Source: Camelus dromedarius (lineage: Eukaryota). From it: DNA of 64,000 nt. Both the position numbers and the translations under genes were made by a program. Shown here in pieces: positions 49,879-63,512 of this stretch. The notes under the pieces are model-generated. The model saw nothing but the letters and a program-made list of their open reading frames with translations. It was not told the origin of the DNA and made no database searches. The DNA lies in NCBI RefSeq assembly GCF_036321535.1, contig NC_087437.1, positions 44,580,001-44,644,000 on the forward strand, read 5' to 3'. Numbering within the stretch: position 1 is the first letter of the stretch; each line of letters opens with the position of its first letter.

Positions 49879-51059
49879 GACTTATTAAATTGTTTGCTAC
49901 CTTTTTCTCCATATACTATTGTAATTCCTGATCTAAGGCAGATACATACCATATATATATATATTACTTTCATGCAAGAAAATTATAAAATGTGTTGTGA
50001 GAATTTCAGGGCAACACAAGTATGTTTTCACAACTCTAGCAGGTAAGAATTTGCTTGGTATTCATAACTTGAAATAATTTTGTTTCTGTCTTTGAATAGC
50101 TCATCATTCTCTTTAATGTACATGTGATACCGTTAAAGATAGATTTCTTGTTTTTCAGACTGAATGATCAACACTTCTTTAGCCTTTTCCAGTAGACGTA
50201 TTGTCTAACTTTGTCTACTTTTATATTACTTATCGCAGCTAGGAAAATGTTCAAGTAATTCAATTTACTTTCATCTATATTCAAATATTGCTTAATGTTC
50301 CTCATGCTGCTAGATTGATACTCTGTATGGTATTATAAATTCTTAAATTTGTAGAGTGGAAGTTGTAGAAATGTGGACTCGTAATATTTTTTACATTCAC
50401 AAATGAACAATTCATGTATGTTTATATGGAGCATTTTATTCTGACCTGATCTTTTTCACCTTTTTTTAAATCATACATTCAATGAAGAGCAGGAATGACA
50501 CTAATCTTAAGTATAAAGATTACTAAATGTTTCATATTTATAGCTGTACAATCATCAGAAAAGTTTAAATATAGAGTATTTCCAACCCTGTTTTTTGCAT
50601 CTTCTAGAAACTACCTGATTACTTGACCACAGGCTCCATGATGGCTTGTAGCTTGACTTCAGTGTCGCTACTGTATCTTCAACATATAGCTAGAATATGA
50701 GACGTTCCAGAAAAGTGTTTTTTTGAAAGATAAGAAAGAAAAATTTTCTGCTTTATCATACTGAAATGAAAAATTAATTACCAGCACTATAAAAGTATGC
50801 ATTTTCTCAGAGACCTCAGACTTCATTCCATTCATAAGAGCAAAATGCCCAGTCACTAGACCAACTACTATTGTGTATCATCCAGCAAAACAAAATCTTC
50901 TCTCAGGTCAGAAAATTTCCTCTGCAGTGGGAAGGCAGAGAGCTATCTCATGGGACAGTTGTATGTATGTGGAAGCATAGAGGGGAGTTGGTGGAGTTTA
51001 GGAGTTCAGCCCAGAGTTAACTAAGCCTGTGGATGGTAAGGAGAATTTGACCCGCACTC

Positions 51060-51340
51060 TCAATCCAGAAGTTTCCCAGACTTCTACCACTCTCTCAACT
51101 CCTTTATCTTTTCAATTAGTCTTAGCAAGTCTACCTCCTAAATAACTTCTAAATCTTTGTTTTTCTCCATCTTCACTGTCTCCGCCCTGGTGAAAGCCAG
51201 CGTTAATTCTCACCTGGACAGCTGCAGCTCCCTGCTCACTGACCTCACTGCTCCCTCTCTTGCAGCTTCCAGTTCGTTCTCTGATAAATTAGAGATGGAC
51301 TTTCAAAACCTCAGATCTGATTATGCCACACTCTTCTATA
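51060..51340 (+). mobile_element. L2 LINE fragment
   Basis: TCTACCTCCTAAATA...TTCTCCATCTTCACTG...TCTCACCTGGAC...CAGCTCCCT...AGATCTGATTATGCCAC. Confidence 0.7.
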
Positions 51341-51959
51341 TAAAACTTTTAGTGCTTCTGTTCTGTAAAATTTGCATAAATGATAACCATGTATACAGAC
51401 ACACACAAAAATATAGATATAGATACAGATATAGATATAGATATTTGACTTTTTCTCCATTCAACATGTTTTAGGATCTAGCTATTTTAATTTCTTAGGA
51501 TAACCCTAAAACACAGAGCATGCATTGAAAGGGCAAATTCATTATATTAGTTCCTTTTGGAGAGGGATGAAGAGAGGGCGATAAGATGGAGGTGGTAAAG
51601 AAGACTTGGGGGGGTCTTAAAAATACAGATGTATGTGTATTATATATTATATATATTACATATATTAGACTTCCTTATACATTTCTGTATTTTTCAATTT
51701 TCTCAATTTTTCACATACGCTCTGGGAAGAGCAGAGAACCTTCATTGATTATATTGATTTTAAAATAAAGACCAGATCTTTTTCATACTCTAAGATTTTT
51801 CATAATTTTATGACCTCCTTTTACATCACTCCTGTCATGCATGACATCTTGCTTCCCGAAATGCGTCATGCTCTTTCATAACTCAGAGCCTTCACATATG
51901 TGGTTTCTTTTGCTCAGAAGGTTTGAGGAGGATACGGAATATGAGTACTATCCTAGAGT

Positions 51960-52520
51960 GCTAATGGCACTGAAAATAGGTATATCCATTTCAGAGGACA
52001 GTTTACCAGGATGTATTAAAATTAAAAATTCATATTTTCTCTGACACCAAATCTGTTTCTTTAGCAACCTTGCAGAAACTTTCACACATGTTCAAGTGGA
52101 TGTATGTACAAGGATATTCATAAAGGTTTTGATTGCAGTAGCAAAATTTAGAATTGACCAAATAAAGTAGAGACTATATATAGAATACTATGCAGTATCC
52201 AAAAAGAGTAAAATAGATATGTACAAACTTACATGAAAAATACTTAGGGTATCTCTGTTGACTGAAAAAAAATATCACAGTGATAAGTATATTACAATAT
52301 CGTTTAAGTAAAAGAAAATTAAATAATAATGCTATACATATATTTACAAATTTGTATATATAAAAATAATATAAATTTAAGATATGTTAGTAAGAGTGCT
52401 TCCTGGCGGTGGTATGGAGGTCTTGAAATGTGAGGCATGGTCAAAATCAACTTTAGCTTTATTTGCAGTGTTGCTGTTTTTGTAATAAGAATGTATTAAT
52501 GTATTTTATTTAGATAATTA
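51960..52520 (+). mobile_element. Old L1M (L1ME-like) 3' fragment
   Basis: TGTATGTACAAGGATATTCAT...ATAGAATACTATGCAG...TGTTAGTAAGAGTGCTTCCTGG. Confidence 0.55.
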
Positions 52521-53983
52521 AGAATTAGTAAAATTTCCCATCAGCTCCAGAAGAGAAATATAATTATTATCCTATGAATTCTTTTATCTTCAATATTCTG
52601 ATTTTATATTCTTTGGTCCTTGAATCATGCTTTGAGAACCACCATTCTAAATTATTTTCCACTAATTAATCTGCATATTTTAAAGCTTTGTTACTTAATT
52701 TTTTTTGTTATGTGTGCATGATTGTGTGTGTGTGTGACATTTACATGTATGTTAATTTGGAAACTTGAAAGCAATGAAGACTTTGTGAAAAGTCTCAATG
52801 GTGTTATTTTGAAATATACTCTAATTGAAAAGTGTCCAGTACAGAACTGAGAGATTTAAAGCTTACTATTCAAGAGAATCTTTCATGTTTGTGTTCTAAT
52901 TTCCATTCATATTATTAAATTAATTATATATAACGTTAGTTTGTCATCCAGCTAAAATTAAAGTCTCACAGATATTATCATCTTATATCTTACATCTCTG
53001 TTGTCCAGAAGTAGGCTCAATGAATAACTATTTTTTTCTCTACACATTATTTTTTCTCTACTGAATTTTCCCTGTCTCAGTATTACATGAATTGTTAAAC
53101 GTATAAAATTGGCATAGAGAAAAATTCGTGAGTTTGTTGTAACTATATTTAAAGAGTCTATGCATTTTTTACTGATAACTAAAATTCAGATCTAGACTGA
53201 TGAATCTTTATATTATAATATGGCATTAGTGTGACATTAGAGTAATCTTTCAGAAATTTCTTATTGCTTATGGAGAACTATTCAATATTAATGACAACAC
53301 TGGATCGGTATAGGTTGTATAAAAATAATATGAGATCTTATAAATCTAGCATGTCACTTTTTAAATTTTTTAATTTTTTAATTGAAACTTGAAATAATTT
53401 TGAAATTTCAAGTAGTTCAAATCCTGAATGCATGCAGAACCACCTAGTTGATGTTTTGTTTTGTACTGAAAAATGAATTTGACTTGAGCATAAAACATTC
53501 TAAAAATAGGCATCTTGCTTTCATATGATTTATATTTTCTTTGAAGCAACCTTGAAAGTGTGTTGCTCTTTTTAGTTCATTTTATTCCAAAGGTCCTGTG
53601 AGAAAGTGTGCATGGACTATCCCATTATCTAATTGATTTGTATATCTCCGTACACTCCACAAGTTGGACATGGAGCCAGGAGTGTTTATTTTTTCCCCCA
53701 TGGGAACCTCAAAAGAATCATAAGAAGTGATAGCAGAAAAATATGCATTATTGGAAGGAGCAACAAGAGATTGCTTTTTTTTTTTTTTTTTTTTTTCAGT
53801 TCTATTGGACGGTATATAGATAGTATTTGTCAGTGAAATAATGTGACTCATTTATATTGTAGCTGTTCTGTGGAGCTCAAAGCACCTTTTGGGCACTCTC
53901 ATTAATCCTAAAGCCTTACTGTGAGCTAGGTATTTGGCAGCTTTTGTTCTCATTTTATGGCCTGGGAGACTACAGCATTTCTG

Positions 53984-54477
53984 TTTTTTTAATTTTTATT
54001 TTTTTATTGATGTTTAATCTGGTTTAGAATGTTGCATTAATTTTGGGTGTATAGCATAGTGATTCAGTTATACATACATATCTATTCCTTCTCATATTCT
54101 CTTCCATTGTAGGCTATTACAAGGTATTGAATATAGTTCTCTGTGCTATACAGTAGGACCTTGTTGTTTATCCATTTTATACATAGTAGTTAATATCTGC
54201 AAATCCTGAACTCCCAGTTTATCCCTTCTCATTCCTTCCCCCCACCCTCTGCCATAATCACAAGTTTGCTTTTTATGTCTATGAGTCTGCTTCTGTTTTG
54301 TAAATAAGTTCATTTCTCTCATTTTTTAAGACTCATGGTATTTTTCTTTCTTGTTCTGGCTTATTTCACTTAGTATGATGATCTCCAGTTCCATCCATGT
54401 TGCTGCAAATGGCATTATTTCATTTTTTATGGCTGAGTAGTATTCCATTGTGTGGATGTGGGTGTATATATACCACA
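53984..54477 (-). mobile_element. Artiodactyl/camelid L1 3' fragment (~500 bp)
   Basis: Poly-T, then ATAGCATAGTGATTCAGTTATAC...CTGTGCTATACAGTAGGACCTTGTTG...CCATCCATGTTGCTGCAAATGGCATTATTTCATTTTTTATGGCTGAGTAGTATTCCATTGT. Confidence 0.9.
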
Positions 54478-54924
54478 GAGATGTCATTGTGCAGACATTT
54501 GCAGTGTTCAGAAAACAACCAATGGGGCTAACTGTAATGTGAACAGGTAGGCAGAACTTCTTACTTTGTTTATAAAGGCTTTATAGTAATAATTGTCCCA
54601 AGAAGCCAAATGCTAAATATAAGTATTTAAAATATTCTCACTCCTCTTTACCTCCAGGACAGTTTTTGTTATGAACCTGGGTCATTAATAGGACTTTCAT
54701 TCTTGTATACATCCAGGATTGAAACGTTAATTGCTTCCTGTATTACCTCATTGCTACCACTCTGTTCAGTGGGTTGCCAAAACTTGCAGGCTTTTCCAGG
54801 ATTTCACGTGTATCTTTCCATTTCTGCTTCCCGAAACATCTTACCTCATGCAAGTGTTACTTCTTGTTGAGAAATGGCAATAACTTCTAACAGTTTTGAC
54901 ACCAGATCCTCAATTTCAGAGTCT

Positions 54925-55120
54925 AAAAAAAGCAGACTCTGAGCCTATTTCTGTTGCTCACCAGCTATGTGACGTTAAGCATCTCCGAGTTTCTGAGCTT
55001 TAGAGTCATTTCCGTAAAATGGAAAAAACAATAACTAGTTTGAAAAGTTGTACTATCATATTTAGAGTGTGGAAATGGAATGAGATGATATATTCTAAAT
55101 ACCAAGCTGTGTGTCTGACA
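54925..55120 (+). mobile_element. MIR SINE
   Basis: GCTCACCAGCTATGTGACGTTAAGCA...TTTCTGAGCTT...TCCGTAAAATGG...ATAA...AATGAGATGATAT. Confidence 0.6.
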
Positions 55121-58100
55121 AAAATGGCATCAGAATTTTTAAAATCCACTTTAGTGGTACAAATTCTCCACTCAAAACCCTATCCAAGTCCCCAGTACTT
55201 AATACTCTCCACACTTGTTATCTATCATAAAGGCCCAGCAAAATAAGGGCTCTCTAATTCTTCCCTTAAGCTATAACATACTTGATATCAGGTAACCTTG
55301 ACTTCTTGCCACACCTTTTTTGCACCTTGGTTTTCCCACCCCAGCCCATTTAATCCTGTTGATTCTTTTGTCAGGAATCATTTTTCTCATATGTATTTTA
55401 TTTATAGTTTGAAACTTAGATGTTATATAAAATAGCCTGTCAAGCCAGGATCATCTGAAACCAGATGTAGCTAAAGAGGGCAGTTCTAGTCATTGTTTTG
55501 TAGCCAGGCTGTGACATGCTGCCCACTGACTGGTCACGGGACACTGCTGTGCCACTCACCCATTAGCAGTTTATTTTTTGTCCTTTTCAGGTATCTGTTT
55601 CTCCCTTTTTTCTGGTGAACCTGTTCTCTTCGTAACTACCAAAGCCTCTAAGCTTTGCTGGTTCATTTCACACGGCCTGGCCAAAGACTTTGGGTTCTTT
55701 GGCCACTCTGAACCTCTTTCATTCCCTGACTAGGTCAAGTCATGAAGCTGGATGTTTTTGGTCTTTTATCTCCTCCCAGATGTTCTGCTGGGCTCCCTGT
55801 TTCCACCCCAACCCACGTGCCACAAAAATGCACTTAAATAGAGGTGTTAGACAGGGGTCTGTTCTTTCCCTGGAGTAACTTCTTGTACTTTTAAATTTTC
55901 TAGTAATTTAAGTTTGCACTCCGTTCCTGCCTCTTCTAGGAATCATTCATGATGTTGACTAAGAGTGACCCAAAAGGTTCTTGACATGTAGCTCAGCATT
56001 TAGTATTTAGGGATTAAAGAAGCTAGAAAGAAAATTTAGGCCAAAGTGAATAATCTTGAATTTTGTTTAAGCTCCCTTATCATGAAGAAGCTTTTAAAAG
56101 ATGACTATGCATGGTGCTATTTGAAGTCCTACATATGAGAACTAACAAAGACGTTATTTCTGTCCTTAAAGAACACCCTGGCTTATTAACTAGACCATTA
56201 GTGTTATACTGTGCACAGCCCTGTCTGTCTCTGTGCCATTACAGCCTGTGCTGTGACTTCAAAGAAGACGAGCTTTAGGAAGATAACCTTTCAATACACT
56301 AAAAAATATTACCTTAGTAAGAAAATGGGCAAAACATTGTCATAGTCCTTTTTTTTTTTCTGTTTTGAATGTGAATTGAGGGTCCATTTCATACAGTACT
56401 TTGAGGAAATGTACATCCAAAATAATTGACTAAATTACTTTCACCAAATTTTCTCTGTAAGAAAATTTTCACATGTATAAATTCAGAGGAAGGATTAACA
56501 ATAGAATATTTCTGACTAGAGTTCTGTGTACAGACAATTCTTAATGATCAATCTGTGACTTAGTAACTGAGGGAATTTTTCGATGGCACATTTTTTTTCT
56601 TCTAGGTGCATCTTCTCTGGTGATACACTACCACTACACCAAGATTCTAGACTGATATTTTTCAAGTCACAATTCTGTGTGTGATTAATAGTCAATTTAA
56701 AAAAAATTTTAAGAAAAATAATAAGCCAGGAAGATAATTTACTGAAATCTTTCATATTACCCATTCCAAATCTGAGGGATTTTTCTATAATTATAGAGGG
56801 ATATTCACCTAAAATTTAGAGGTAACCATGTAAATACAAAGGGCCTCTTTCACAATAAAGATGAGAAAGATTTCTATTAAATTCCCATCAATTGTAAACT
56901 ACCATATGACATCTTGAAGCACCTTGGAGAGGAAACTATTATCTTATTTAAATGATCACCTATGGGTAAGTTTAGAACCAAAATCTTAGAAGTGGTAATC
57001 CTTACACATGGGATCCTTATATATGGGATGAGTTTAAGGCTGCAAAAGAGGTGAAAAACCTTCTCATTGTCACTTCCCATTTAGAGGCAGAGTAAGGAGC
57101 AGATGTTGATCTCTGGAATCTAGACAGTTGTCCCTTTCTTGTCTCATTTCTCCATGCCAAAAACAGAAAATGCATAAGAAAACATAAATAGCTGGGAAGC
57201 ACTTCATATAGATAGCTCATTTAATCTAGCATCTATATCAGAAGAACAAGGGTTAATTTTTTTCCACTTTTAGTATCAGAAAACATCTAAAAAATAAGTT
57301 AATCCAGAAATAATGCACTGGTTTTCTGCCTGTTCATCTAATCAGTCTCATAAAATAACATGTTCTTATTACAATCTGTTAAGAATTTTATTGTGAATTA
57401 ATGGTGACATACTTTCCTAACAACCAAACAACAAACAAAACACATCTATACAGTTTATTTGCTGTCTTGTAAAAAATGCAAACTATACTTTTTCTAAAAC
57501 AAGAAACTTTGCAAATCATTCCAGTGTTCATACCCTTCAGTTTGAGATGGGAAGCCTCTCGGGGGAATCCTCTGAAGAGGATTGCTTTGCTTTTATTACA
57601 TGTAATGTACAGATGGCCCTTTATTCTAGTTATGAATCTAGACTGCTCTCCTTGAAGTAAAGAACAAGCTAAATATTTTATCTGTCTCTCATTTTGTTTT
57701 TCTTATAATACAGTTTATGTTTTATTTCCAAATGTTCATCTTCTTAGAAGGCTCTAGGGAATGAAATAGTCTTGGAGTAGACAAATGATGAATACAAAAG
57801 AATAGAAATATTTAGAGTTACATGGAATAGGGAATCAGATCTCATACAAGCAATATTCCTCTGAAAGAGAATTAAGGAAACATTTGTCAGTATCTGAACA
57901 TCACCACTGCTGTTTTATATCTTAATTTTCTCTGAAAATGACAAATTTAAAAATATAAACTCAGTGAGATAAAACCTCATGCCAAAGGAAGTCCTGCTTT
58001 TTTTTAGTAGAAAGGAGTATACTACAAAATGTCTTTAAGAGAACATGTTTTTAATCATGACCATCATCTACCTGAAACATAGCACTGAACTTTGAAGTAA

Positions 58101-59136
58101 TTATATCAATGTGTGTTAAAGCCATAAATAACAAAGTATTTATGAAAAGACATTCTCATAATTCTGTACATAATAATCCAATTATAGGCCACATCAAATT
58201 TCAACTAATAATATAATTAAATAGTATACTTATGTTCTGTATAATGATCAAAAGAAGCATAGCTTCGTGCTTAACTGCATATTAATCAAAAATTTTTAAT
58301 ACAAAAATTGTGTGTTAAATTGAATTAATTGAATGTTTGCCAATTTTAAAGCAAATTCCAAGACTACATAGCCACAGATAAATAGACAATCAGGCATATT
58401 TGGGTGGAGAAAATGATGATAATTTATATTTTAAAGTCCTGTGCCCTAAATAACTTCACTTTACAAATATAAATCTTGAATTTATGTGTCTAAACATAAA
58501 AGAAAAATATTTTTAGTGATAGGAAAACTTACCTAGGTTTTTCTGAGCCTGTGTCATATCTGTGATTAATATCTTTGAATAAGCTAGTTGGAAAAGTAGA
58601 GCCCAAATTCAAATAACAAATATTAATATAAATTAATAAACTAATGTTAACACTTTTCCCATGTACTCCTTTTTTAAAACAAATGGTACTCTACATAATC
58701 TGTATGATCTTTTAAAATGCTCTTTGCTTTATAAATGAGTATGTTAATTTTCTACTATCTTTAATGTAAAACTAAACATTACTTTTTACAGTACATTAGC
58801 AAATTAAACTATTTGTACTCAAATTTAATTAAATAATTAAATATTATGATGTTTGCTGGGGAACGTGGCAGGATGCTTTAGCTTAAGAGAAGACTAAGGG
58901 AATGAGGAGATGAGACCATCTGTGTCTTCATTTTTAGCACTTTGTGATTGCAAGTTTTATATCATGAGTCATGAGTTTTAGGCTTATGATTCGACAAAAC
59001 AAAGTTACTCATTTGAATATTGCTATGATCGTTTGTACACTGAACATTCACTGAGCCCCCCTACTTTTTGCTAGACAGTGTGCTAAGCTGTGGGAATACA
59101 GCAGTGAATGAGCCCTTAAGAAGTTTATACTCTAGT

Positions 59137-59290
59137 GGAGAGGGTATAGCTCAGTGGTAGAATGCCTGCTTAGCATGCACGAGGTCCTGGGTTCAGTCCC
59201 CAGTACTTCTAATTTATTTATTTATTTATTTATTAATATCTAGATAGATAAGCAAATCTAATTACCACCCACACCCAGAAAGAAAAAAAA
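59137..59290 (+). mobile_element. tRNA-Ala-derived camelid SINE (Vic-1-like)
   Basis: A box TAGCTCAGTGGTAGA, anticodon-like loop TTAGCAT (AGC, Ala), B box GGTTCAGTCCC, AT-rich tail and poly-A. Degenerate TSD AAGTT(T)ATACTYTRG on both sides. Confidence 0.85.
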
Positions 59291-59581
59291 GTTATACTTT
59301 GGCCGGTGAGCAGAGAGTGAAATGGAAATTAGAGCAGATCCATGTTTACTAAGTGTGTAAGCAAGGACTTCTATGAGGCTCATACAAGCACCAAATTTCC
59401 CAGAGTAAGTGACATCTAAGAATTGGGTAAACTGGCATCAGCCAGCTTTTAGACCTGCAATTTATGTTATTTTGAGAGAAGGTAAGAAATGCGATGTAAA
59501 CTAATGAAATAGCTGTTCTCAAAATTAAAATGAAAATTACTGTTTGTAATAAAATTCCTATATGGTCAAAACAAATACACA

Positions 59582-59593
59582 TGTGTGTGTGTG

Positions 59594-59624
<31 letters not shown>

Positions 59625-59656
59625 GTATGCATATGTATGTCTATATGTATGTATGC
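59582..59656. repeat. (TG)n(TA)n compound microsatellite
   Basis: Read directly from the sequence. Confidence 0.9.
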
Positions 59657-60582
59657 ACACAGAGAGCACAGAAAAGGTCTGAGAAGGCTGCACAGCACAA
59701 AACATTTTTAAGTGTTAGGTATTTCTTTTTCAACAGTAACCTAAACGACACAGTGCTGAATCTGAATAGCTTGAAGGAAAACGGCCATATTCATAACCAG
59801 CAGGTTACGAGACACTGAAATAACAAAGGATCAGCTGTATTTACAAGGGCAACAAAACGACGAGCCACTTTAGCACGCAGGTCATTTCAGGGAAATAACC
59901 GTAAGTTGAGTGAGCTAGGATAAAAGTGAAGAAACAGGCACGCCAGTTGCTTAACGGTCTGATTTCTGTCAAAGTGGCAGTTCTCCGGAGAAAGTCAAAT
60001 CAAATATTCTGGGATAGCATTGCTGATATCAACTGGTTCATTTGATATTTGAGTCTTCTTCATAAAGGCGCAGCATAAAATGTATTTTAAAATCTCTGCT
60101 CTTTAAGCCCTTTGATTGCTAGGTTCTCTGGCAAGTGGGAAGTATTGACACTTTAGGCTTGGCAATCTTTTACTATAATGAATTAGAATAGTTGAAAACC
60201 TGGGACAGAAAAAAGAAGTCAAATCATTTAGCTATTGTAATATTTATTCATGCCTGAAGTAAAGTGTTGTAAATGTAATTTTTGTGTTTAAATCACCAAA
60301 CTTATCTTTGAGAAAAGGGCAAAAACAAAAAGGAGTGCTCTCAGTCCAGTTGAAACTTGTTATTTAGTGATGTTTTATGCCCAGCCTTGTTACTCATTTC
60401 GAAGAAGACCCTCTGAGAAAAGCAATGATTTGGAGTTTATTAATATAGTCAGAGGCTCTGTCATCTTTAATTTGGGCAAGGTGAGCAAATGTAGTCTATT
60501 ACTCTTCATCCTGCTTTTTGTATCTTTTTTTTTTTACTGTGAATGTAAATTATGCCATGGAAAAATATATAATAATAGAGGC

Positions 60583-60730
60583 CACTGCTTCTCTAATCTG
60601 CATATGAAACACCTGGAGATCTTGTTAGACTCCAGATTCTGATCAGAAAGGGGGTGGTGCCTGAGACTCTGTGTTTCTAATGCATCCTTCCCGTGCTGCT
60701 TGTGCAAAGACTAGACCCTGAATAGAAAGG
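60583..60730. mobile_element. hAT-Charlie MITE, MER5-like (MER5B)
   Basis: CACCTGGAGATCTTGTTA...CAGATTCTGATCAG...GGGTGGTGCCTGAGACTCTGTGTTTCTAA. Confidence 0.7.
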
Positions 60731-62479
60731 AGGTACTGGGTCCGTGGCTGCATGTGTAGCACGCTTCTCACGTTTACAGACACATACACACACAGAGCCA
60801 GGTGCCGAGGGTTGGCTTATACACCTCAGTTTGGACATAATACTGTCCTCCTCAAGGCAGCACGTTCTTCTCACTGAGCCACACTGGGACCGTCATATTT
60901 TATCTATCAGGACATTCTTTACCTTCTCTCTCCTCTTAGTGCCGTAATTTTTTGAGGATCCCAGTGTATAAGATTTCTGGTCACTGAGGGTTTATCTTTC
61001 CTGATCCTCTTTGGGTAATTGGCATTTGCTGTATACACAGACGTTTCAATGGCTTTTAAAAGAATTCCATCTAGCCACACAAAAAATTGCTGGCAGCTAA
61101 CGTGTTTTCTTTATACACAGATGTGACTGCAGTTGGCATCAACAATTTGAAAAAACATAATGAAAACCTGTTAAATGTGTTCAATTAGAAACAATTTTAC
61201 TTATTTTTAACCCCATTTCTTCTAAATTTCAGTCACTGTGTTTCAGGTTCTAGGCCTCTGAGCTAATGTATGATTTTATTTCAGTAAATCACATAATGAA
61301 GACCCTTCAATGTCACTTTGGTTGTTCGGTTATGGTAGATGGGATGACAGTCTTTATCATAATGAAATTATTTGTGTTACATTTCAAACAGCGAGGCAGG
61401 GGTGGAGTCAGTCTTGGAACACTGTATATCCTATTTCCTCTTTCGACTATATGCGTGTGGAATTGTATCAGGGATTATTGAATGGGATGAATCAATTTGG
61501 ATCTTTATCTAGATTACAAAGAGTTCATAAAGTGAAGAGAGAACTAGCTACCTACTAAAGTAAAAGTTGGTGTCAGTCTTTACCGAACGTAGGCAGTTTA
61601 CAGGGTATGACATAAATGCTACATCTAAATGTCATAGTGCTAAAATGTAATGTCAGCTATTTTCTGGATGGGACCCTTTGTACAAGGCACATGATCCACC
61701 TGATTTTCAGCTCATATCTAATGGGTTCTTATAGTTTATAAATGTTTTAAAGTATAACTGATTAAAAATGGTACATGTGTTTGGTTTTATTCAAAGTTTC
61801 TTAATAATACAAGAAAGTGAAATTCTTCTCTCAGTCAGTTATTAAAAAAGTGAAATTAAAAAAAAAAACTACTTTTGTCTGTAATTTAGTGTTAGTGCCC
61901 TATAAAGTCCTGCCTTTAGTATCTTCTGTTAGAAGTGAACTGTTTATTAAATTTCCATTAAGCTGAAGGTGAAAAATTAATGAACCACTTACTTCAGATA
62001 TTTCGAAACTAATGCAAGTCTATTAGTCATGCTGTACGAAAACTCAAAGATTTGTGTATGTTCAATTACTGTTTAGGGTTCTCTCACGTTTAACTTTAAA
62101 GGCACTGTTTCAGATGCTTAACAGAGCATTCTAGAGAAAAAAAGAATATAATTATTGATTTTTTTATTAACTTATAAGTATACCTCAAAGATGATTTTAT
62201 TACATGAATACATTTTCCCCCCAAGAGGTAGTTTTAGAGCACAGTTAATCAGTACATTGATGACGATGTACAGGTTTTGAAGGTTTTGAGGGTACACAGC
62301 TACAGAGAAAGCACTAATGTACAGCAAGCATAAGATTAATAAATTGTAATTTGTTTTTTGGCTGTACCCCTGCTTCATTTTCTAGGCATTCAGAAATCCT
62401 GTAAGGTATAGACATTGAGACTGTTTCTTAAAGAACTGTTAACCCATCCTTCCTTCCTTCTTTCCTTCCCTCCTTCCAT

Positions 62480-62980
62480 TATTATTGAGCTGCTTTTATG
62501 TTCTTGGTAATGAGCTAGGCATTGTGTGTCATGCAATGATGTAGAAGACTTCGTCCTTTTCTTTAAGGAATTTAGAATTTAGAGGGGAAAACCGAAGTGT
62601 TTTTACATAGTGATAATGTGAATTAGAAATGGCAAGCACTGCAGAGGAGAAGAAAAAAGGTGCAGCTAGATCACATAGACCCTGAAGGTGTCAGAGAAAT
62701 CAGAGGAATGTAGAAAATGAGTTGGACTTGAAAGGAAAAGTATATAGTTCAGACACGTTCAGACACGTGATATGTGAGAAGAGCAAGTAAAGTGGAAGGA
62801 ATGGCTTCAGCAAAAACAGGATGAGGATATAAATCATAGAATTAAGTTTTAGCATAAAATGTATAGAGAGGAATGATAGGAAATCATGTTGGAAATAAAA
62901 GGTCTGAGATTGTGAGGGGTCTTTGAATTGGGGAGAGGCGAAATCATGCAGCACTTTAAGAAGTTTGATTTTGTGTTGGT
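62480..62980 (-). mobile_element. L2 LINE fragment
   Basis: TATTGAGCTGCTTTTATGTTCTTGG...GCTAGGCATTG...TTTGAGTTGGACTTGAAAG-like segment...TTGTGAGGGGTCTTTGAAT. Confidence 0.55.
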
Positions 62981-63336
62981 AATGTGTAAGGACCTAACAT
63001 CCAGGAAAACTGCAAGATAACAGATTGCACATTTCTCATAAATACTATTTCATTGTCCTATGTAAACTTTAGGTTTCAAAGGTAGTGGCTGAGGGAGAAA
63101 ATTCATGCTGGGAGAACCAGGGGACTGGAAAGCTCTATCAGGACCTCCTAGCTGGATGCTGAGTGAGGCACACTGGGCCTTGAGATTTTCATCACTACGG
63201 CCCTAGGTGTTGCCTGGAGCAACAGCAACTCAGGGCTGGTCACTGTGGCTGAGAGCAACTTCCCTGCGGTCTGAAAATCCCCTTCGGTTGGCCTCAGCAG
63301 GCTGCATGGCTGCTAGCATCTTCTGTGTGAACCGTG

Positions 63337-63512
63337 CAGAGTCTGATTCAAGGTCATTCAACCCGGACAGTTGCACAGGGCCCGCACTCGATAGGACCCA
63401 TGTTTGAGTCAATGCTCTCTACTGCCGTATGGAAATCCCTCCTACTTTTTGAACAAGAAGCCCCACGTTGTCAGTTTGCTTTGGAACCTGAAAATAATAT
63501 AGCCAGTCTCCG
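63337..63512 (+). mobile_element. hAT-Tip100 MITE, MER91A-like
   Basis: CAGTTGCACAGGGCCCGCACTC...AATGCTCT...GAAAT...TTTTTGAACAAGAAGCCCCACG...ATATAGCCAGTC follows the MER91A consensus as I recall it. Confidence 0.75.

Noticed and set aside
59137..59212. Functional tRNA-Ala gene
   Set aside because: Degenerate acceptor stem, a SINE tail, poly-A and a TSD show it is a retroposed SINE.
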